This document shows, one piece after another, positions 47,072 to 52,390 of a stretch of DNA of 52,390 nt; positions within the stretch are counted from its first letter, which is position 1; each line of letters begins with the position of its first letter. Source of the stretch: an uncultured Planctomycetales bacterium (lineage in GTDB: Bacteria > Omnitrophota > Gorgyraeia > Gygaellales > Profunditerraquicolaceae); the NCBI GenBank assembly GCA_964354585.1, contig CAYHAI010000012.1:1-52390 (forward strand), in the 5' to 3' direction. A program made the translations under genes and the position numbers. The notes below the pieces were generated by a model. That model was not told the origin of the DNA and did not search any database. It saw only the letters and a program-made list of their open reading frames with translations.

Positions 47072-47099
47072 ATTGTAGCAAAAAAAGATATTTTGTCCA
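47072..47099 (-). promoter_or_regulatory. Possible promoter for 45680..46984
   Basis: Minus strand TGGACA-16 nt-TACAAT with extended -10 TG. Confidence 0.4.
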
Positions 47100-47119
47100 G
47101 ATAATAAGACTGTTATGAG

Positions 47120-47148
47120 TTGACTTAGGCATTACGTCGTTATATAAT
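47120..47148 (+). promoter_or_regulatory. Putative sigma70 promoter, likely leaderless transcript
   Basis: TTGACT-17 nt-TATAAT; the GTG start follows 6 nt after the -10 hexamer. Confidence 0.75.
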
Positions 47149-47154
47149 GCTTTT

Positions 47155-48333
47155 GTGAAATTATTAATAGTTCATAACTTTTATACTAATCTTACAGGCG
47201 AGGATTTTGTTGTAGAAGAAGCCGCAAGAATCTTAAAGAATTCTAAAAAAATAGTTGTGGTTGAATATTATAAATATTCAAAGAATTTTCAAAAGCTGCC
47301 TTGGGTTAAAAAAATAATTATATTGATTAAGGCTAATATGCCTTTTTATATTCCCGGGGAGTTTAAAGAAATCCTTAACAGAGAAAAACCCGATCTCGCT
47401 CAGATCCATAACCTTACACCCTTAATAAATATCTGGATACTAGGAGAGTTAAAGAAAAGAAAATTACCTATCTTATATTACATACATAACTACCGCCTAT
47501 TCTGCCCGCGGGGAACCTGTTTTCTAAAAGATAAGCCTTGCACAAGTTGCGCTGATAAGTCGCTAATCTTCTGTATTATAAATAACTGCTTAGAGAACTT
47601 TTCCTATTCTTTATTATATACCTACAGGGTTTTTTTAGAGAGGTTATTTTTAAGATATATAGACCTTTTTGTCTCAAACACCAACTTTGCAAAAGGATTC
47701 TATGAGAGATATTTGCCAAAAATAAATATATCTATTCTTAAAGGATACGTAGACATACCTGAGGAATTCAAAGATATAAATGGAGAAAAAAAAGAATTTG
47801 TCGTTTTCGCAGCAAGGCTGGTTAAAGAAAAAGGGCTATCTATTGTTCTGGAATCTGCTGCCTCACTTAAAGATATAAGATTTAAAATTTGCGGAGAAGG
47901 TCCTGAGTTTAGGCTATATAAAGATATGGCTATAAGAAAAAATTTAAAAAATATAGAATTTCTCGGTTTAGTTGAACGAAAGAAACTGCTTAAACTTATA
48001 AAAGAAGCGCGGATGCTGATTCTTCCGAGTCTATGGTATGAAATCTATGGCCGGATAACAATCGAGGCTATGTTTTTAGGTACACCAGTAATAGCATCGA
48101 AGATAGGGGCTAATGCTGAAATTATCCAAGATAACAAAACAGGTTTTTTATTTGGCCCGGAGGATGTAACCTCATTGGTTGAACTGATTAAAAGATTATG
48201 GTCCGATGAAAATTTAAGAAAAAATATCAGCTTCGAGGCTTATACAGAGACTAAGAGATGGAATAACTCTGAGAGATATATTAAAGACCTTCTTGATATA
48301 TATAAGAATCTCTTGTCGAAGACAAGGCATTAA
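47155..48333 (+). CDS. GT4 glycosyltransferase
   Basis: LIVHNFY...GE, QIHN, IHNYRLFCP..C..C, ARLVKEKG, PSLWYEIYGRITIEAM. Confidence 0.9.
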   Translation: MKLLIVHNFYTNLTGEDFVVEEAARILKNSKKIVVVEYYKYSKNFQKLPWVKKIIILIKANMPFYIPGEFKEILNREKPDLAQIHNLTPLINIWILGELKKRKLPILYYIHNYRLFCPRGTCFLKDKPCTSCADKSLIFCIINNCLENFSYSLLYTYRVFLERLFLRYIDLFVSNTNFAKGFYERYLPKINISILKGYVDIPEEFKDINGEKKEFVVFAARLVKEKGLSIVLESAASLKDIRFKICGEGPEFRLYKDMAIRKNLKNIEFLGLVERKKLLKLIKEARMLILPSLWYEIYGRITIEAMFLGTPVIASKIGANAEIIQDNKTGFLFGPEDVTSLVELIKRLWSDENLRKNISFEAYTETKRWNNSERYIKDLLDIYKNLLSKTRH

Positions 48334-48369
48334 AGAGTATAAAATTACTAAAGAAAAGATGGTTTAGTA

Positions 48370-49344
48370 ATGAAATTTTCAATAATAGTTCCTGTTTACA
48401 ATTCCCAAGATACCTTAAGAGACTGTTTAGATTCAATATTTTCTTCTGAAATCAAAGATTTTGAAGTAATCGCTGTTAATGCAAAAAGCACAGATAAATC
48501 TGCAGAAATTGCCAAGAGATACCCCTGTAAACTGATAGCTTTAGACGAAAATAGAGGAACTGCCTTTTCGCGAAACATAGGCAAAGACAACGCCAATGGC
48601 GAACTCCTCCTATTTATAGATGCGGATGTGGCGATTAAAAAAAATACCCTGGGATTAATAGCTGAGAGTTTTAGGGAAGATAAAGAGCTTGCCGCTGTTA
48701 CGGGTATACTTTCTAAAGAATCGCCGCATAAGGATTTTTTTACCCAATATAAGAATCTCTATATGCATTATATATTCAAGAGATGCCCAAGATATGTAGA
48801 TTTTCTCTACGGCTCCCTTATCGCCATTAGAAGGGACTATTTTTTAAGATTCGACGAAAGTTTTAAAATCACCGATGATACAGAACTGGGGCAGAGATAT
48901 AAGAAATTAAATAAAAAAATCTTATTAAACCCTGAATTAGAAGTAGTTCATTTTAAAAAGTATGATTTTAAGGGTATAATAAAGAATGACTTTTTCGTGC
49001 CTTTCTGGTGGGCGAAGTCCTTTATGCTACACAATGGCTATAAGGATATCTTGAGAAAGAAAAGATTTTCTCATACCCGAATGAATCAGATAATAAGTAT
49101 CGTAGTTTCATATCTTCTGATGACATCTTTTCTCTTCTGGAACAAATCATGGGCAAAAGTTGTCTTTTTTATTCTCTTACTCATATTCTTTTTATTGAAT
49201 TATGATTTTTTTACCTTTTTACGCAGGGAGAGAGGTCTTTCATTCTCAATAAAATCGATTATATTTACCTACTTAGATATGCTGATAATGGGTTTAGGGG
49301 TCTTAGCCGGGTTTATCTATTTTAACGTCCTTGTTAGAAGTTAA
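48370..49344 (+). CDS. GT2 glycosyltransferase with C-terminal TM helices
   Basis: SIIVPVYN, SRNIG, LFIDADV, DDTELG. Confidence 0.9.
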   Translation: MKFSIIVPVYNSQDTLRDCLDSIFSSEIKDFEVIAVNAKSTDKSAEIAKRYPCKLIALDENRGTAFSRNIGKDNANGELLLFIDADVAIKKNTLGLIAESFREDKELAAVTGILSKESPHKDFFTQYKNLYMHYIFKRCPRYVDFLYGSLIAIRRDYFLRFDESFKITDDTELGQRYKKLNKKILLNPELEVVHFKKYDFKGIIKNDFFVPFWWAKSFMLHNGYKDILRKKRFSHTRMNQIISIVVSYLLMTSFLFWNKSWAKVVFFILLLIFFLLNYDFFTFLRRERGLSFSIKSIIFTYLDMLIMGLGVLAGFIYFNVLVRS

Positions 49345-49382
49345 TTTGTAATTGCAAGAGATCAATAAAGAGTTAAAAATAA

Positions 49383-50303
49383 ATGAAATTTATGGATATG
49401 AAAAATAATATTTTTGTCTCGATTGTAATCCCAACACTAAACAGACCCAGAATATTAATAAATACTGTTGGTTATCTATTAAAACAGACTTATCGCAATT
49501 ATGAAATCATTATTGTTGACCAGAGCGATTCCTGCAATGCAGGGAAAACAAAAAATGAGCTTAAAGACGTTAATAAAATTAAATATCTGCATATCGAAGA
49601 GAAAGGATTGCCAAATGCCAGAAACGTAGGTATTAAAGAATCAGAAGCAGACATAATTGTATTTCTAGATGATGATGTTATCTCGGATAATAATTTAATT
49701 TTATATCATGTGCAAGGATATAATAATTCTCAAGTAGGATGCGTTGGGGGAAGGGTCATAGATGAAACAAATGATATTAAAAATACAGATACTATCGGTG
49801 GAAAGGTTTGTTTATCTGGATGGATGCTAGTAAACTGGGATATTGAATCCAACCATTATATTTACTCCGCTTGCGGGTGCAATATGTCTTTTTCAAGAGA
49901 AGCGATTAAAAGGACGGGCTTCTTTGATGTTAGATTTGAAGGAAGCAGCCAATTTGAAGAAACTGATTATTGCTACCGGTTAAGGAAACTAGGATATAAA
50001 ATTTTATTTGAGCCAAGAGCATCCGTAAGGCATCTCAGAGTTCCAACTGATGGGTGTCGAATGAAAGAACCGTTTCAAGCAGAATACTACCGTTTTCATA
50101 ATACTATTTTATTTTATTGCAAAAATATGAATACAATATTTCTGCCGTACGTTATTTTAATCCACTTCCTGGTAGCGATTAAAAAAGTTTTAATACCTAG
50201 TAGTAGCATTAAGGAGTTTATAAAAGTCTTAAAGGGTATGGTTGACGGATACAATAGCTATCGTTATGGTAATTGCAAAGCTGATAAAAAGATTTTGCGA
50301 TAA
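49383..50303 (+). CDS. GT2 glycosyltransferase
   Basis: SIVIPTLNR, VDQS, ARNVG, FLDDD, GCNMSF, EETDYCYRL. Confidence 0.9.
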   Translation: MKFMDMKNNIFVSIVIPTLNRPRILINTVGYLLKQTYRNYEIIIVDQSDSCNAGKTKNELKDVNKIKYLHIEEKGLPNARNVGIKESEADIIVFLDDDVISDNNLILYHVQGYNNSQVGCVGGRVIDETNDIKNTDTIGGKVCLSGWMLVNWDIESNHYIYSACGCNMSFSREAIKRTGFFDVRFEGSSQFEETDYCYRLRKLGYKILFEPRASVRHLRVPTDGCRMKEPFQAEYYRFHNTILFYCKNMNTIFLPYVILIHFLVAIKKVLIPSSSIKEFIKVLKGMVDGYNSYRYGNCKADKKILR

Positions 50304-50380
50304 AACAATGTTATTAGATAAAGGAAAACAAATAGCCCTTGGACATACAGAAGAGATTGTAGATATTTATCTTAAAAATT

Positions 50381-52015
50381 ATGTTAAATAATATACTAAG
50401 GCAAGACAAATATTTTATCGTTATCTTAATATTTTCCATATTAGCAGGCGTTATATTCCGATTCGCAATTTTAAATTCATGGGGTTTTTGGGAGGATGAG
50501 GCTTTTCAATTCTGGGCTGCCAAAGGAATTAATCCTTTTCAACTGCAAACTCCTAACGCTTTAGTCCAGAATACAAGATTGCCGAATCTGATAAGAAACA
50601 CGCATAGAAGACTACTGGGTTCATCAACTTTTACGCTATGCATACATTATTGGTCAAAGATATCCAATTCAGTTTTTTGGCTAAGGATAATCCCCTGCTT
50701 ATTTGGCATTGGGGCGCTGTTGTTGATGTATATTATAGCGATAGGGTGTGGCTTTTCAAAAAATTGGGCGCTTTTGATAGTAGCGTTTTGTGCATGGAAT
50801 GCACCCTGGGTTTATTATTCGGTTGAATTAAGACCGATTTCATTTGAGATATTTTGTTCAGCGTTAACGCTGCTTTTGTTAATCAGGATTCTAAAAAACA
50901 ATACGTTAACGCTATACACCTGGCTAACTCTAAGTATCTTATTAGGAATAACCTCCGGATACGGATATTTTATTTATTATCCTTTTATAGTTATTTTCTT
51001 GATTTTTTATGTGGTAATAAAAGAAGGGGATTCTATAGGCCGTAAATTTCTTAAAGTGCTTATAGTAACGACGCCGGTTATCGCTTCTTTATTTTATGCC
51101 AAATATAATACGTTAACATTGCTTATAACCAAGGGTTTTCAGCCTGGATATTTAACATATTTAAGCCAATACAGCGGTTTGGCTTATTTTTTGAATGCCA
51201 TAAGAATGATAATCTATACGGTATCCTGGCAGCTCTTTAATGTGCGAAAGATTTTTTTATCCGCTTTACCCTTGGGCCTTCCTTTTATTATAATAACGAT
51301 ACTATTCTTAATATATTCATTATATATTCTGCTACTTGTTATAAAAAAGAAAAAGGTTATAGAAAGCGCTGTCTTAGGGGCATATATCTATTCGATTATT
51401 ATATGTATTGTATTATCGACCAAAGGATTGGCTCCTTTAGGCCCGTCTCACCATAATCTCTTTTTCAGCCCACTGCTATTTATTAGCTTTTTTATCTGCC
51501 TAAGATATGCTTATCAAACTCTTAAGATGGACTCGTTAAAGATAAAAGAAAATTTTGTTTTGATACCTTTGTTAGCTTTTTTATTAGCACCGAGTCTATT
51601 TCGCAACTCCAGCGTATTTTTTAATTACAAGGAGGTAGTTTGGTTAAAAAACATGGAAGATTGGCGGGTATTGTTAAAAAAAATTCAGGAAACTGTCAAC
51701 CCAAATGATAAAGTATCTGTTTATGTAAATGGACGCAGTATCCCTGCTTTTAGATATGAACTTAGGTATTCTAATATTCCCTGGGCAAAGAAGCTAAATT
51801 ATGAAGATATTTCAACAGATTATCATTCTTTTATGGCAGGTAAAAATAGCGGCTATGATTACCAATGGTATATGATTGCTAATATATTCGATGGCCCAGT
51901 GAATGAAATTAAGGAACATTTAAAAAAGGAATATGATATCATTGTTGACCAAGAATATTTTCTTCCCCGGCAAGGCGTAGCGGGATTTAGGGCAAGGAGA
52001 AAAACCCGCCAGTAA
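50381..52015 (+). CDS. GT-C (PMT_2-like) membrane glycosyltransferase
   Basis: FWEDE loop after the first TM, WLRIIP, YYSVELRP, about 11 TM helices, C-terminal soluble domain. Confidence 0.75.
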   Translation: MLNNILRQDKYFIVILIFSILAGVIFRFAILNSWGFWEDEAFQFWAAKGINPFQLQTPNALVQNTRLPNLIRNTHRRLLGSSTFTLCIHYWSKISNSVFWLRIIPCLFGIGALLLMYIIAIGCGFSKNWALLIVAFCAWNAPWVYYSVELRPISFEIFCSALTLLLLIRILKNNTLTLYTWLTLSILLGITSGYGYFIYYPFIVIFLIFYVVIKEGDSIGRKFLKVLIVTTPVIASLFYAKYNTLTLLITKGFQPGYLTYLSQYSGLAYFLNAIRMIIYTVSWQLFNVRKIFLSALPLGLPFIIITILFLIYSLYILLLVIKKKKVIESAVLGAYIYSIIICIVLSTKGLAPLGPSHHNLFFSPLLFISFFICLRYAYQTLKMDSLKIKENFVLIPLLAFLLAPSLFRNSSVFFNYKEVVWLKNMEDWRVLLKKIQETVNPNDKVSVYVNGRSIPAFRYELRYSNIPWAKKLNYEDISTDYHSFMAGKNSGYDYQWYMIANIFDGPVNEIKEHLKKEYDIIVDQEYFLPRQGVAGFRARRKTRQ

Positions 52016-52051
52016 TTAAAAACTATAACTATAGGCTATAAGTGAAATATC

Positions 52052-52390
52052 ATGGAAAATAAGAATGTAATTATAGGCGCAGGCATATCAGGATTATCCT
52101 GCGGATGGGTCCTTAAAGATAGGGCTATTATATTAGAAAAAGAACCTCATATAGGCGGGTTAGCTGTTACGAAAGAATTTGGCAATTTTAAGTTTGATTT
52201 AGGCGGCCATAGATTCTTTACTTATGACCCCTCCATTGAGAGGTTCTTTAGAAATCTCCTTCAGAGAGAAATTCTTGAGACTCAGAGAAAAAGTAAAATC
52301 TATAAAGATGGAAAATTTATAGATTATCCTTTGCGGGCATCTGTAGTCTTTCAACTTAACCCTTTAGATATAACATTATCGTTCTTTACT
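52052..52390 (+). CDS. FAD-dependent oxidoreductase (UDP-galactopyranose mutase / HemY-like), partial
   Basis: Hand translation MENKNVIIGAGISGLSCG...LEKEPHIGGLA...FDLGGHRFF...DYPL; runs off window end. Confidence 0.85.
   Translation, partial: MENKNVIIGAGISGLSCGWVLKDRAIILEKEPHIGGLAVTKEFGNFKFDLGGHRFFTYDPSIERFFRNLLQREILETQRKSKIYKDGKFIDYPLRASVVFQLNPLDITLSFFT

Noticed and set aside
650-51045. Numerous 60-135 aa antisense or alternate-frame ORFs in the track
   Set aside because: They lie wholly or almost wholly within well-supported genes and show no family motifs; treated as shadow ORFs.
1-52390. rRNA, tRNA, integrase, transposase or prophage genes
   Set aside because: None recognised; intergenic gaps are short and show no cloverleaf or att-like features that I could support.

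Overview
AT-rich bacterial DNA, almost fully coding. The gene content and style suggest an anaerobic environmental lineage such as Ca. Omnitrophota, but that is an impression and was not tested. Most of the window is a very large cell-surface glycan locus. From 1 to about 13.2 kb (minus strand) lies an unusual nucleotide-sugar pathway: two split transketolase pairs, SIS isomerase, nucleotidyltransferase/kinase, epimerase, methyltransferases, radical SAM, SDRs and a cupin. From about 13.2 to 23.7 kb lie Wzt, a GT4-Wzm fusion, an AsnB amidotransferase, a geranylgeranyl-reductase-like enzyme, an O-antigen-ligase-like protein with a TPR partner, and Wzc. From about 35.4 to 52.4 kb lie many GT2/GT4/GT-C enzymes, a GT2-radical SAM fusion, a B12 radical SAM and an AsnB-like protein. 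Embedded at about 23.7-35.4 kb is a candidate RiPP system: standalone PqqD/RRE, an 80-aa Cys- and Ser/Thr-rich precursor, three radical SAM/SPASM enzymes, an HPr-kinase-like P-loop protein, two GT4 enzymes with winged-helix/RRE-like C-terminal tails and an ABC exporter, interrupted by an AbiE toxin-antitoxin pair. Two further structures stand out. One is a 377-bp GIY-YIG-only element with 13-bp terminal inverted repeats and a TGAA duplication, inserted exactly into an ATGA stop/start overlap and carrying a nested 61-bp copy. The other is a set of 7-8-bp tandem repeats plus a GC palindrome lying in-frame inside the radical SAM and asnB genes. All annotations come from motif reading by eye; no searches were run.
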